The notes: generated by a model not told the origin, from the sequence alone. A stretch of DNA of 32,000 nucleotides from Vulcanisaeta distributa DSM 14429 (GCF_000148385.1 NC_014537.1:510001-542000); one strand, 5' to 3'. Shown: positions 1-9,855, counted from the first letter of the stretch. Translations and numbers: made by a program.

Positions 1-1
1 C

Positions 2-592
2 CTTGATTATAAGTCGTTAATTAGGATTGCGGCGCTTGGTGAAGTTGCGGCGGCGGGTACTCCGCACATGGATAATGTTGCGGCATCCCTATTGGGTGGG
101 TTAGTAATTATTAACCCGGTGACTGGGGACTTTGTCAGGGTTGACCTACCCGATAATTATTGGGTTGTGATTGTCATGGCGGGTAGTAAGCCTAGTACTA
201 AGGAGATGCGTAAGTTATTGCCTAATGCCGTAGACATGAATAGCCTTAAGAATAACTCAGCTTACGCGTCAATGCTCGTTTACGCACTAATCACTGGGAA
301 TAGGGAAGCTCTGGGTAAGGCGTTAATGGGTGATGCAGTTGTTGAGCCAGTAAGGGCTAAGCTTTACCCGCACTACAATGCGGTTAAGGAGGCATTACTA
401 AAGGCCGGGGCGATCGGTGTAGCCCTTGCTGGTGCTGGTCCATCACTCTTTGGGATATTTGATTTTGAACCGTCTAAGGAACGCATAAATGAATTACTGC
501 ATGCCCGTGGTTTAAGGGATCATGCATTAATTATTACGCGGCCAAGCAACATCGGTGTTCATGAGATACCCTGTGAGGACCTTAATACTTAA
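2..592 (+). CDS. thrB: Homoserine kinase, C-terminal part (5' end lies upstream of the window)
   Basis: The frame is open from base 2 (LDYKSLIRIAALGEVAAAGTPH precedes the ORF-track Met at 68). GHMP-kinase/ThrB motifs H-x-DNVAASLLGG and GAGPSLFGIF are present. Confidence 0.85.
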   Translation, partial: LDYKSLIRIAALGEVAAAGTPHMDNVAASLLGGLVIINPVTGDFVRVDLPDNYWVVIVMAGSKPSTKEMRKLLPNAVDMNSLKNNSAYASMLVYALITGNREALGKALMGDAVVEPVRAKLYPHYNAVKEALLKAGAIGVALAGAGPSLFGIFDFEPSKERINELLHARGLRDHALIITRPSNIGVHEIPCEDLNT

Positions 593-619
593 TACATAAT
601 TAAGTGCTTAAGCCCTGGA

Positions 620-1744
620 ATGAACGTCATAATAATTGGTGGGGGAGTTATAGGGACTGTACTAACGCACCTATTCTCATTGAGGGGCGTTAACGTCACT
701 TTAATTAACTCAGGTCTTCAAAAACCAAGGTTTCCGCTTATTCACTCAAAGTTACTGAGATTTCCTGAGGATATTAGGTTGGCGAGGATCAGTGAGGATG
801 TATATATGGAATTATCCAGGGAGTTAAGGGTTGATGTATTAAGGCCCATGGAGTCCATCACCATAATTCCGGAAGCATGTTATAATGACGCATTACATAT
901 AATGAGTATGTGGTATGAGGTTGGAGCTAAAGTGCGTGTAATTAGTGATGTTCATGAATATGGACTTAAGAGGGTTAATGATCAGGAGATTTACATCTTC
1001 AGTACTAATGGTGATAACTTCGTTAATTACCTATCATTGATGAATAGAGTTCATAAAATCGACGGCGTTAATTACATTAATGGTACGGCAACTATTAAGT
1101 TCAGTGATCATGATGTTAGGGTTTTAATAAATGATAACGAGTTGAAAGGAGATTATGTAATTCTTGCCTCAGGTGCTTGGAACTCCATAATGATTAGGAA
1201 TGCTGGTTTAAATGTACCATTATTACCCTATAAATGCCAGGCAGCCGCATTCATTAGCAGGGGGATTAGCACCATAGTTTATGATTATGTACTTAATATT
1301 TACGTGAGGCCCCTCGGCTTAAGGATTGATAATGCACTAAACAAACTAGGACTTTCGATAATCGTTGGTGGTGATGGTAATTCCAAAGTTACTGAGCCAG
1401 GTAGGGATAGAGGTGTTGATCGAGAATTCCTGAATGAAGTTAGGGGTAAGGTCAGGGCCAGGCTAGGTAGGGTATTGCTTATTGGGTCTAGGTTTGGTTA
1501 TTGTGAAATCACGCCGGACATGAGGCCCGTGGTTGGTACTGTTGGGTCTGAAAACCTATTGTTAATTGGTGGGTTTAATGGCTATGGAGCCGAGGTGGGG
1601 CCCGCCCTGGCATTGGCGGTGGTTAATTACGTGATTAGTGGTTCATGGCCTGACTATGCAAGGCCATACCTCATTGATAGGTTCGGCAATAATTGGCCAA
1701 GTACTTGGGACATCGGTGTTGAGGCCCATGAGTTGTGCGTTTAA
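620..1744 (+). CDS. FAD-dependent oxidoreductase (DAO / glycine-oxidase-like family)
   Basis: N-terminal Rossmann dinucleotide motif VIIIGGGVIGTVL. The 374 aa length and C-terminal GGFNGYG-type segment are typical of the DAO family. Confidence 0.75.
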   Translation: MNVIIIGGGVIGTVLTHLFSLRGVNVTLINSGLQKPRFPLIHSKLLRFPEDIRLARISEDVYMELSRELRVDVLRPMESITIIPEACYNDALHIMSMWYEVGAKVRVISDVHEYGLKRVNDQEIYIFSTNGDNFVNYLSLMNRVHKIDGVNYINGTATIKFSDHDVRVLINDNELKGDYVILASGAWNSIMIRNAGLNVPLLPYKCQAAAFISRGISTIVYDYVLNIYVRPLGLRIDNALNKLGLSIIVGGDGNSKVTEPGRDRGVDREFLNEVRGKVRARLGRVLLIGSRFGYCEITPDMRPVVGTVGSENLLLIGGFNGYGAEVGPALALAVVNYVISGSWPDYARPYLIDRFGNNWPSTWDIGVEAHELCV

Positions 1745-1798
1745 TCTAGCCTAAACTCTTTATTAATCCTGTTGGGAATTATTACCTGGCTGGTTAAG

Positions 1799-4090
1799 TT
1801 GCGTGTCGCTGACCTGCCACTTCCAGACATACTAAGGGACTTCGTAATTAGGGAGAGGGGTATTCAGGAGCTTTATCCACCACAGGAGGAGGCCGTGCGT
1901 AAGGGCTTATTTGATGGTAAGAGCATCGTCATGTGCACAAGCACCGCCACCGGTAAGACACTGATGGCTGAGCTGGCAATGATAAACGCAGTACTTACTA
2001 AAGGTGTCAAGGCGATATTAGCCGTTCCACTGAGGGCCTTGGCCTACGAGAAGGCTAGGGATTTGAGGATTTATGAGAAACTCGGTGTTAGAATCGCCGT
2101 TACTACTGGCGAGTATGATAAGGAGGATGCCTGGCTCATGAATTACGACATAGTGGTTACAACGTACGAGAAGCTCGACAGCCTACTGAGACATAAGGCT
2201 GAGTGGCTTAGGCAGGTCGGTGTCTTAGTTATTGATGAGATTCACTACATCGATGATGATAAGAGGGGACCAACGATAGAGTCGATAATAGCTAAGGTAA
2301 AGGCACTGGGTCTCAGTACCCAATTACTGGCTCTATCAGCAACCATCGGCAACGCTGAGGAAATCGCAAACTACCTCGACGCAGACCTCGTGGTCTCTGA
2401 CTGGAGACCCGTTAAGCTCAAAGAGGGTGTGTACTACGATGGTGTCATTTACTACTCAGATGGATCCCGGGCACTAATTAAGGACCTTGGGAACCCAGTG
2501 CTTTCGCTTGTAATGGATACGATAGTCAACGGTGGTCAGGCGCTCGTGTTCACGAATTCAAGGTCAAACACCGTTAAATTGGCTCAGCAAATAGCCCATT
2601 ACATATGTAATTATGGGGCAAAGATCATAGAACCAGGCACATTAATGAAGATCTCCAACTCAATAATCGAGGCATCTCAATCCAAGTTACTTGGTGAGGA
2701 GTTGGCGAGGGTTGTTAAGTGCGGCGTCGCGTTTCACCATGCCGGCCTTGACATGGACGCCAGGTCTATTGTTGAGAACTCCTTTAGGGATAGGCTGATT
2801 AAGGCTGTTGTTGCGACAACAACGCTGGCTGCTGGCGTTAATTTACCGGCAAGGAGGGTTATTATACATGAGTATAGGAGGTACGAACCCGGCATTGGCA
2901 TGGAGGAGCTTCCAGTCATGGAGTACAAGCAGATGGCTGGTAGGGCTGGTAGGCCTGGGCTTGACCCATATGGAGAGGCCGTGCTCATTGCTAGGAGTGA
3001 GGATGAGATCGATTACTTAATTAGGAATTACATAAGTGCCAGGGTTGAGGATATTAGGTCTAAGTTCTTGACGGATAAGAACCTAGCCACGCACATACTC
3101 TCCGCAATAGCCAGTGGTTATGCCTCAAGTATCGATGATGTGATGAGGTTCGTATCATCGACCCTGGGCTACGTTCAAGGTGGTTTCCAGAAAAATGAAT
3201 TCCTCAGAGACTTATTGAAGAGGAAGATTGATGATGTAATTAACTTCTTAGTTGAGTCTGGGTTCCTTGAGAGGAGAAACGATAATGTGGTAGCGACACC
3301 CTTAGGCTCATTACTGAATAACCTTTACCTGGATCCATACACGGCGAATACCTACATCCGTGGTCTCAAGGCTAGGGATGAGACCAATGACCTCGGGTAC
3401 ACTCACCTAATAATTCAGTCACCTGAGGTGCCGAGACTTAGGGTTAGGAGGAATGAGTTTGATGACTACCTGGAGCTAGTGCTTGATAATTGGGACTACC
3501 TATTAATTAAACCGCCAATCACCAGGGATGAGATTGAGAATGGGGAATTTGAGGATGAGGAAATTGAGGATTACCTATCCACAGTAAAGACTGCGGTGAT
3601 GCTCCTTGACTGGGCTAACGAGGTCTCCGAGGATGATTTATATAAGAACTATGACGTGGGGCCTGGCGATTTGAGGGTGTATAGCGACTTAATGGATTGG
3701 TTGGCAAGTGCCGTGGCCAGATTAGCTGGTGCATTGGGTATGAGGAGGCATGAGGAGAGGCTGAACCTACTTAAGTGGAGGCTGACCTATGGAGTTAAGG
3801 ATGAATTGATAGAACTGGTGGTGAACCTTGAGGGTGTTGGTAGGGCCAGGGCTAGGGCATTGTATAACGCTGGATTTAAGAGTGTCGAGGATATTGCCAA
3901 TGCTGATCCAAGGGTCATAAGCATGATTAGGGGCTTTGGGGATAAGCTCGCCCGCTCGATAATTGAGCAGGCCCGGAGATTAACTAAGGAGGGTAGGGTG
4001 GTTAAGCCATCAACAATTAATTTAGGTAAGGAGGGAGGCAATAAGCAAGGATACACCAGAAGGAAGGGTTCATTGCTTGACTATCTTTGA
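1799..4090 (+). CDS. hel308: Hel308/Hjm (Ski2-like) DNA helicase
   Basis: Walker A CTSTATGKT, DEIH box, SAT motif, QMAGRAGRPG motif VI, and a C-terminal HhH-like domain (GVGRARARALYNAGF). Start re-called to TTG 1799 (MRVADLPLP...ELYPPQ matches Hjm N-termini), downstream of a TATA-like CTCTTTATTAATCC at 1757-1770. The ORF-track start 1772 is an alternative. Confidence 0.9.
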   Translation: MRVADLPLPDILRDFVIRERGIQELYPPQEEAVRKGLFDGKSIVMCTSTATGKTLMAELAMINAVLTKGVKAILAVPLRALAYEKARDLRIYEKLGVRIAVTTGEYDKEDAWLMNYDIVVTTYEKLDSLLRHKAEWLRQVGVLVIDEIHYIDDDKRGPTIESIIAKVKALGLSTQLLALSATIGNAEEIANYLDADLVVSDWRPVKLKEGVYYDGVIYYSDGSRALIKDLGNPVLSLVMDTIVNGGQALVFTNSRSNTVKLAQQIAHYICNYGAKIIEPGTLMKISNSIIEASQSKLLGEELARVVKCGVAFHHAGLDMDARSIVENSFRDRLIKAVVATTTLAAGVNLPARRVIIHEYRRYEPGIGMEELPVMEYKQMAGRAGRPGLDPYGEAVLIARSEDEIDYLIRNYISARVEDIRSKFLTDKNLATHILSAIASGYASSIDDVMRFVSSTLGYVQGGFQKNEFLRDLLKRKIDDVINFLVESGFLERRNDNVVATPLGSLLNNLYLDPYTANTYIRGLKARDETNDLGYTHLIIQSPEVPRLRVRRNEFDDYLELVLDNWDYLLIKPPITRDEIENGEFEDEEIEDYLSTVKTAVMLLDWANEVSEDDLYKNYDVGPGDLRVYSDLMDWLASAVARLAGALGMRRHEERLNLLKWRLTYGVKDELIELVVNLEGVGRARARALYNAGFKSVEDIANADPRVISMIRGFGDKLARSIIEQARRLTKEGRVVKPSTINLGKEGGNKQGYTRRKGSLLDYL

Positions 4091-4106
4091 TATCGAAAGT
4101 GAAATA

Positions 4107-4117
4107 CTTATATATTA
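4107..4117 (+). promoter_or_regulatory. TATA box for the nucleotidyltransferase gene (leaderless start at 4140)
   Basis: CTTATATATTA is centred ~28 nt upstream of ATG 4140 and lies after the helicase stop at 4090. Confidence 0.45.
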
Positions 4118-4139
4118 TCACCATAAACCTAGCCTGTTG

Positions 4140-4922
4140 ATGATTACCAAGGCTGTCATCACCGCGGCCGGGCTTGGTACGAGGATGAGGAACATGACAC
4201 TTATAATGCCGAAGGCGTTATTGCCGTTAATACGTAAGAATGAAACACCGATGTTAATCCCTATAATTGACTTAATAATAGCGCGTCTTCAGGAGGTTGG
4301 TGTTTCTAAGTTCATAATTGTTGTTGGTAGGAATGGAAAGCCACTAATCGATTACCTAATGGATAAGCTATTCACTGACTCATTAAGGGCGCAAATATCA
4401 TTCACATTTCAGGAGAAGCCCCTTGGCTTTGGCGATGCCGTGCTTAGGGCCGAGGACTTCGTTAATAACGATCCATTCTTCGTCCACGCAGATGATGGCA
4501 TCCTAACAAAAGGGTACCTAGAAGGGGTTAAGTTGTTTGAGGAGTTAAGGCCAGACGCCGTGTTATTCCTCAGGAGGGTTAATAATCCCAGTAGGTATGG
4601 CATTGCGGTTGTTAGGAGTGAGGGGATGTATAATGGCTATGGCTTAGTTAGGGTGCTGAATGTCGAAGAGAAACCTAGTAATCCCAAGTCCGATATTGCC
4701 ATATCGGCAGTTTACATATTTAATAGGAGGATATTTGATGGACTTAGGTCAGCCAGGGTGAATGGCGAGCTTGAATTGACGTATGGCATTGAGAATGTGA
4801 TTAACAGCGGTGGTGAGGTCTATGGATTACTACTTAGTGATGATTCCTGGCTTAGTGTTGGCGATCCCGAGAGCTATTTCAATACCATTATTAGAACATT
4901 TAACCTGAATGAAGGAGACTAA
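4140..4922 (+). CDS. Sugar-phosphate nucleotidyltransferase (RmlA/GalU-like)
   Basis: N-terminal KAVITAAGLGTRMR (G-x-G-T-R) signature and an EKP motif (VEEKPSNPKS). Start moved from TTG 4077 to ATG 4140, because 4077 overlaps the helicase and precedes the TATA box. Confidence 0.8.
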   Translation: MITKAVITAAGLGTRMRNMTLIMPKALLPLIRKNETPMLIPIIDLIIARLQEVGVSKFIIVVGRNGKPLIDYLMDKLFTDSLRAQISFTFQEKPLGFGDAVLRAEDFVNNDPFFVHADDGILTKGYLEGVKLFEELRPDAVLFLRRVNNPSRYGIAVVRSEGMYNGYGLVRVLNVEEKPSNPKSDIAISAVYIFNRRIFDGLRSARVNGELELTYGIENVINSGGEVYGLLLSDDSWLSVGDPESYFNTIIRTFNLNEGD

Positions 4923-4963
4923 TATTTATAATAGCCCTGGTTTACTCATTTACGACGCATCTT

Positions 4964-5965
4964 ATGCTTGTGAACATTATTGTAAGTAGGAATAGGGTTT
5001 CTGGGGAGATAAGGACTGGAATTAGGTTGAGACTTGAAAACCCACCGCCTGGCGTTGATTATAGGGTCATTAATGAACCCGTTGACTTATCACCATCATC
5101 TAACGATTTCTACATAACCAGGGACACAACGACTAAGTGGTTTCTTAAGGCGTTGATAGAACCAGTATATTCCCTTAAACTGAGGGGGTTAACGCATGCC
5201 TTCTTCCTAAACCTATTCATACCGCGCACACCGTGGGTTCAGGAAATCGATCAACCAATATTTAACCTATTCGAAAAGTACATAGGCAGGTCAAGGAAAG
5301 GTACGCTGTATAGGCTTGCCGTGAAGACGTTTAGGTACCTATTTAATAGGGATAACGTGGTAATGATAACCTGGACTCAATGGAGTAAGGAGGGTCTTGA
5401 GGAGGAGGGGTTTAGGGACGTTAGGGTTGTGCCACCGCCAATGAGGACGAGCTTTAGGAAAATCGATAATGAAATAACGGTGGGCTTCGTAGGCGTTGAG
5501 TACCATAGGAAGGGTGGTGACATTGCGGAGAATGTGATGTCTAAATTACCAAGGCGTGTTAGGAAGGTTTATGTTGGTAAAAGCCCAAGGAGGGTCGAGG
5601 GCATTGAGTATCACAATCCAATGAGGAGGGATGAATTACTTAAGTTAATGGCTGAGTTTGATGTGCTTCTTTTCCCAACCAGGGGCGAGGCTTATGGTTT
5701 CACGGCACTCGAGGCTATGAGTATGGGGATACCCATCGTCGCATCTAACGTGGATTCGGTACCCGAGGTCGTTGGTGATGGCGGCATTTTATGCGAGGTT
5801 AATGACATTAAGTGCTTCCTGGATAGCGTTAAGGAGTTAATCAACTCCCCCGATTACGCCATGGAACTTGGTGCTAGGGCTAAGGCCATTGTTACTCAGA
5901 GGCATTCGCCGAGTGTTGTTGGTAAGGAATTATTAGCAATATACAATGAGTTAAGTGAGGAATGA
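4964..5965 (+). CDS. Glycosyltransferase, GT-B fold (GT4/GT1 family)
   Basis: C-terminal signature EAYGFTALEAMSMGIPIVASNVDSVPEVV (the E-x7-E region of GT4 enzymes). Confidence 0.8.
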   Translation: MLVNIIVSRNRVSGEIRTGIRLRLENPPPGVDYRVINEPVDLSPSSNDFYITRDTTTKWFLKALIEPVYSLKLRGLTHAFFLNLFIPRTPWVQEIDQPIFNLFEKYIGRSRKGTLYRLAVKTFRYLFNRDNVVMITWTQWSKEGLEEEGFRDVRVVPPPMRTSFRKIDNEITVGFVGVEYHRKGGDIAENVMSKLPRRVRKVYVGKSPRRVEGIEYHNPMRRDELLKLMAEFDVLLFPTRGEAYGFTALEAMSMGIPIVASNVDSVPEVVGDGGILCEVNDIKCFLDSVKELINSPDYAMELGARAKAIVTQRHSPSVVGKELLAIYNELSEE

Positions 5966-7152
5966 GTGAACTCATAAGACAGGTAGTCAATGTATTGATG
6001 GACTTAATTAAAGTGAGGACGGTAGCACTGCCTGGCGAAAATTACCTAGAGGTAGTTACTTACCTGGACAATTTAATGACTAGTTATGGATTAGGTACGA
6101 GAATTATTAAGGTTCCTAAATCAGTCGTTAAGGAGCATTACCCCGAATTTGCGGATTACCCAAGGTACATATTACTGGCTGAGTTGTGTAATGTCAGGGA
6201 TAAGAGGATTCACTTTAATGCGCATTATGACGTGGTCCCTGGAGGAAGTGGTTGGTTAGTAACAGAACCATTCAAGCCCGTGCTCATCAACGGTAGGGTC
6301 TATGGTAGGGGCGCATCTGATGATAAGGGTGGCGTGACAGCCCTAGTACTACTGGCAGAACGGCTTAGTGAGTTAGGGGAGTTTCATGGATGTGTAGAAT
6401 TCTCCTTCACACCCGATGAGGAGATTGGCGGTGAAAGTGGCGTTGGCTACTTAATTAACCAGATTCGTAAGCCGGACTACGCAATTGTTGCCGAGCCCAC
6501 GGGACTTGACACCGTGTGGATAGGTAGTATGGGGATACTACAATTAGATGTTATTGTGAGAGGCGTATCAAGCCACGCCTCACAACCGTGGTATGGAACC
6601 AACGCCTTCGAGGATGGCATTAAGGTTGCTTATGCATTAATTAAGGAGTTGAAGCCTAAGGTTGAGAGTAGGCAATTCATGGGTGAGAGAGCAACCATTA
6701 CTTTGGGAGGGCTTGCCAGGGGTGGTGTTTCTCGTAATCTCGTACCTGATTACTTTCAATTCTCAATAGACAGAAGAATACTACCAAGCGAGAGCATCGA
6801 ACACGCGCTTAACGAAATAATGAGCGGCATTGATAATTTACGTAACAACATTAAGTCTACGGTAGAGGTCCACATTGTGAATAAGATTGAACCCGCGATA
6901 AGCAAAGAATCAACGCTATTAACAAAGCTTATGAATGCCGTGAAAAACGTACTCGGCATGAATCCCAAGGTTACAATATCTAGGGTTCCAGTGGATACCC
7001 GCTACCTACAGAACATGGGTATTGACTCCCTGACTTACGGACCTGGCAACGTATCATCTGCGCACGGCCCTGATGAGTACATTAATGTAAGCGATATAGT
7101 GAACGCAGTAAATGTCTACACGGAACTAATCAGGAATATCTATGATAAGTAG
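5962..7152 (+). CDS. M20 family metallopeptidase/deacylase (ArgE/DapE/LysK-like)
   Basis: Motifs HFNAHYDVVPGG and GRGASDDKGG, and an EE metal-ligand region (TPDEEIGG). The ATGA start/stop overlap with the glycosyltransferase suggests an operon. Confidence 0.8.
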   Translation: MSELIRQVVNVLMDLIKVRTVALPGENYLEVVTYLDNLMTSYGLGTRIIKVPKSVVKEHYPEFADYPRYILLAELCNVRDKRIHFNAHYDVVPGGSGWLVTEPFKPVLINGRVYGRGASDDKGGVTALVLLAERLSELGEFHGCVEFSFTPDEEIGGESGVGYLINQIRKPDYAIVAEPTGLDTVWIGSMGILQLDVIVRGVSSHASQPWYGTNAFEDGIKVAYALIKELKPKVESRQFMGERATITLGGLARGGVSRNLVPDYFQFSIDRRILPSESIEHALNEIMSGIDNLRNNIKSTVEVHIVNKIEPAISKESTLLTKLMNAVKNVLGMNPKVTISRVPVDTRYLQNMGIDSLTYGPGNVSSAHGPDEYINVSDIVNAVNVYTELIRNIYDK

Positions 7153-7191
7153 CGAGAAGTTTAATGATACCCTCTCATTAGCAATCAGTGA

Positions 7192-8616
7192 TTACTGCCT
7201 CTTCCTTATTTCCCGTAATGGCCTTGAGAATAGTTGTGGCATTTGGTCTACCGATAACCCCTTTGTCTCAGGCACGAGCAGTAATACGTATATCACGGCG
7301 GCCAGGGCAAGCACGTCCTCCAGTACCCAGAAGCTGAACATGCCGTAGGCGGAGAGCCATATTGGGAATATGTATATTATGGCGAAGTTCGCGAACCAAT
7401 CAATCGCAGCCAATATACCGCCACCCCTACCCCTAAACTCCGTGGGCATGGTCTCACCCTGCAACACCCAACCAACACCACCAACGCCTAGTGCGAATAA
7501 TACCTGGAAGAGAACCATTGCCGAGAATATCAGTGGCACAGCTATGGATATGTCATTCAGCGCAAAGTAGTGGGCGCCCACCGTCATTATCACGAGGCTC
7601 ACGAGTAGGCCCGTGAAGCCGATAGTACCGAGCGTCCTCCTACCCCACCTATCCACTAGGTATATTTGGAAGAGCGTTGCTATGAAGCCTATGGAGTACG
7701 GTATTACCGTAGACAGTATGGCCCTGGGGCCCGTGAATCCAAGGTACTTCCATATGTACGGGCCATAGTAGAGGATTATGTTTATGCCAGTCACCTGCTG
7801 AAACACCAACCAAAGCCCAACCACCAGTAGGATCCTCCTGATATACTGCTTCGAAAGAGCCTCCTTAAATCCCAACTCCCTCTTCGGCGGAATTATGTGT
7901 TCACTAACGTGTACCCCCAACTTAGCCAAGGCCTTCTTCGCATCCTCCTCCCTGCCCTGTATCAGCAACCACCTGGGACTCTCCGGTAAGTAGAACCTTA
8001 GGGCCACGAGTATTACCGCCGGTATCGCACCAAGGCCAAACATCCACCTCCAATTTGTCGTTTGAGGCAATGCCATTGATAGGTAGTAACCAACCCAGAA
8101 GGAGGTCATCATGCCCACGACAATCATTAACTGCTGAAGTGATGCCAACTTACCCCTATGCCTCTTGGGTGCGAATTCGGATATGTAGCCCGTGGCCACC
8201 GCCGTGTCGGCACCGATGGCAAACCCAACGAGACTTCTCCAAATGATTAAGTCAATCGACGATATCGCCAGGCCAGATAACACAGCGAACAACGCATAGA
8301 ATATTCCATCAATTATCAGGAGACTCTTCCTACCGAACCTATCAATGAACGGACCAGCCACCAGGGCGCCAATGCCGGCAAATACACTGGTAAATGAGGT
8401 TAGTACGGCAACCTCAAATGATGTTAAATGAAAATATGGACCAATATAAATAAGTGCTGACCCAATGACACCCGTATCATAACCAAATAGAAAGCCTCCC
8501 AATGCCGTTATTATTGAGACCAACCAGTAAATCCTACTGGCAATATTCTCATCAAGTCTCTCAATTATATCTTCATAGGCAATTTGTTTATTCCTTAGAT
8601 CTACGATGTCATCCAT
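7192..8616 (-). CDS. MFS transporter, sugar-porter family
   Basis: About 12 predicted TM segments. Sugar-porter motifs GRKSLLI, PESPRWL and PETKG are present. Confidence 0.85.
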   Translation of the reverse strand: MDDIVDLRNKQIAYEDIIERLDENIASRIYWLVSIITALGGFLFGYDTGVIGSALIYIGPYFHLTSFEVAVLTSFTSVFAGIGALVAGPFIDRFGRKSLLIIDGIFYALFAVLSGLAISSIDLIIWRSLVGFAIGADTAVATGYISEFAPKRHRGKLASLQQLMIVVGMMTSFWVGYYLSMALPQTTNWRWMFGLGAIPAVILVALRFYLPESPRWLLIQGREEDAKKALAKLGVHVSEHIIPPKRELGFKEALSKQYIRRILLVVGLWLVFQQVTGINIILYYGPYIWKYLGFTGPRAILSTVIPYSIGFIATLFQIYLVDRWGRRTLGTIGFTGLLVSLVIMTVGAHYFALNDISIAVPLIFSAMVLFQVLFALGVGGVGWVLQGETMPTEFRGRGGGILAAIDWFANFAIIYIFPIWLSAYGMFSFWVLEDVLALAAVIYVLLLVPETKGLSVDQMPQLFSRPLREIRKRQ

Positions 8617-8700
8617 AACGAAGGTAGAATAAAATACAACTATTTATAAGCTTTACTCATCATAATGTTAAAAAATGTATAATTATTAAAACAAATAATA

Positions 8701-8718
8701 TAGTTATAATAGTTATAA
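8701..8718. repeat. Perfect 9-bp tandem duplication TAGTTATAA x2 inside a 310-bp A/T-rich spacer
   Basis: Read directly: tagttataa tagttataa at 8701-8709 and 8710-8718. Confidence 0.9.
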
Positions 8719-8894
8719 TCGATACATATGGGTGTATTTTATACGTATATTGGTATATGACTTCTATACTAACTATATAGACAATTATTCGTTACATAGT
8801 CACGTGCGTAGGCACCTTTAGTAATGGACCGCCATGATGATTCGTGATAGGGCTCGGTACGTCGTTTAATTGCAATAGCGTGATAATGTTGGGT

Positions 8895-8909
8895 AAATAT
8901 TTTTATATT
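8895..8909 (+). promoter_or_regulatory. TATA box for uL22
   Basis: AAATATTTTTATATT is centred ~29 nt upstream of ATG 8933. Confidence 0.45.
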
Positions 8910-8932
8910 GCACTGCTCACGCTGGTTTGGGT

Positions 8933-9487
8933 ATGGCTAGGATTGACTGGAGCATTGATGCCGAGGACATAATCAAGAGGGTTAAGGAGATTTATGGAGC
9001 GAGTATTACCGAGGACCAGGTGGTCAAGGCCCTTGGTTATGAGTATAGGATTAGTTGGAAGAAGGCTGTTGAGGTTGCCAGGTTTATCAGGGGCTTCACT
9101 ATTAAGCAGGCTGAGGAGTACCTAAACAATGTCATTAAGATGAGGACTCCAATACCAATAAGGAGGTTCACCAAGAAGCAGGCGCACCACACAACACCCT
9201 GGGAGGGCTGGCCGGTGGCTAAGTGGCCTGTTAAGGTTGCTAAGGCTTACCTTGAGGTTCTTAAGAACCTTGAGAATAACGCAAGTTATAGGGGTCTTAA
9301 TGTTGATAATGTGGTTATTATTCACGCAGCTGTTCATAAGGGTCGTAAGATTAGGAATTACATGCCGAGAGCCTTTGGCAGGTCAACACCCTGGTTCCAG
9401 GACACCGTAACGATTGAGTTAGCCGGTGCTGAGATACCCGAGGAGAATGTACCAAAGAGGCTTAAGCTGAGACCAAGGCCCTACTGA
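8933..9487 (+). CDS. rpl22: 50S ribosomal protein uL22
   Basis: The core ISWKKAVEVARFIRG...PIPIRRF...WPVKVAKAYLEVLKNLENNA...IIHAAVHKG...PRAFGRSTPW matches archaeal L22. Start taken at ATG 8933 (MARIDW) rather than TTG 8927. Confidence 0.9.
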   Translation: MARIDWSIDAEDIIKRVKEIYGASITEDQVVKALGYEYRISWKKAVEVARFIRGFTIKQAEEYLNNVIKMRTPIPIRRFTKKQAHHTTPWEGWPVAKWPVKVAKAYLEVLKNLENNASYRGLNVDNVVIIHAAVHKGRKIRNYMPRAFGRSTPWFQDTVTIELAGAEIPEENVPKRLKLRPRPY

Positions 9488-9855
9488 CGCCTCCTCAGGA
9501 AAATCACCGAATACCTAATCCCCAACTTCCTAAGGAACTTTATTAATAACGAATCATCAGTAATCACCATAGGGTTCCTATCCCTCAGTTTCAGGGCTAA
9601 GACTATTAACGACACATCCGCATCACTTAGTAGTCTTGGTAAGTGGTAATTCCTCCGTGCACGCACTATCTCATCTTCACTAATATCATAAACACTTATA
9701 TTCAGTATCTCAGGCACGACAATAGCCCTCGCATCCTTTAACTCATTAATTACGTGATTTGTCGTCACCAAATCACCCATGCCCATTAACGGGCGTAAAT
9801 CCCTCATGTGAAGTATTGCAGATGCGTCAAGTATTACGGTATCTCTGGAACTCAT
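9481..9855 (-). CDS. PIN-domain endoribonuclease, Nob1-like PIN without a Zn-ribbon
   Basis: ILDASAIL (Asp 1), VINELKD (Glu), LSDADVSLIVLALKL and ITDDSLL (Asp 3/4) follow the Nob1-type PIN pattern. No CxxC pairs are present. ATGA overlap with the upstream NAD kinase. Confidence 0.65.
   Translation of the reverse strand: MSSRDTVILDASAILHMRDLRPLMGMGDLVTTNHVINELKDARAIVVPEILNISVYDISEDEIVRARRNYHLPRLLSDADVSLIVLALKLRDRNPMVITDDSLLIKFLRKLGIRYSVIFLRRRQ

Noticed and set aside
2734-3020. ORF-track entries 2734-2988 (-) and 2808-3020 (+) inside the helicase gene
   Set aside because: They lie entirely within a strongly supported CDS, are low-complexity (Ser/Pro/Leu/Ala-rich) and have no promoter. They are typical shadow ORFs. 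The same reasoning applies to 3787-4056 (-), 4409-4603 (-) and 6756-6968 (-).
7142-8246. Plus-strand ORFs 7142-7348, 7370-7570 and 8055-8246 opposite the MFS sugar-porter gene
   Set aside because: They are antisense shadows of a 474-aa transporter with clear family motifs. Their translations are Pro/Ser/Thr-rich with no recognisable domains.
8834-8900. C-box-like AUGAUGA (8834-8840) and GUGAUAA (8879-8885) in the long spacer, a possible third C/D sRNA
   Set aside because: No CUGA D or D' box is present at the required 10-13 nt spacing (CTCG and ATTT occupy those positions), so the architecture fails.
8617-8926. A/T-rich 310-bp spacer as a possible replication origin
   Set aside because: I recognise no ORB/mini-ORB-like inverted repeats, and there is no adjacent orc1/cdc6 or whiP gene. 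A/T-richness alone is insufficient.
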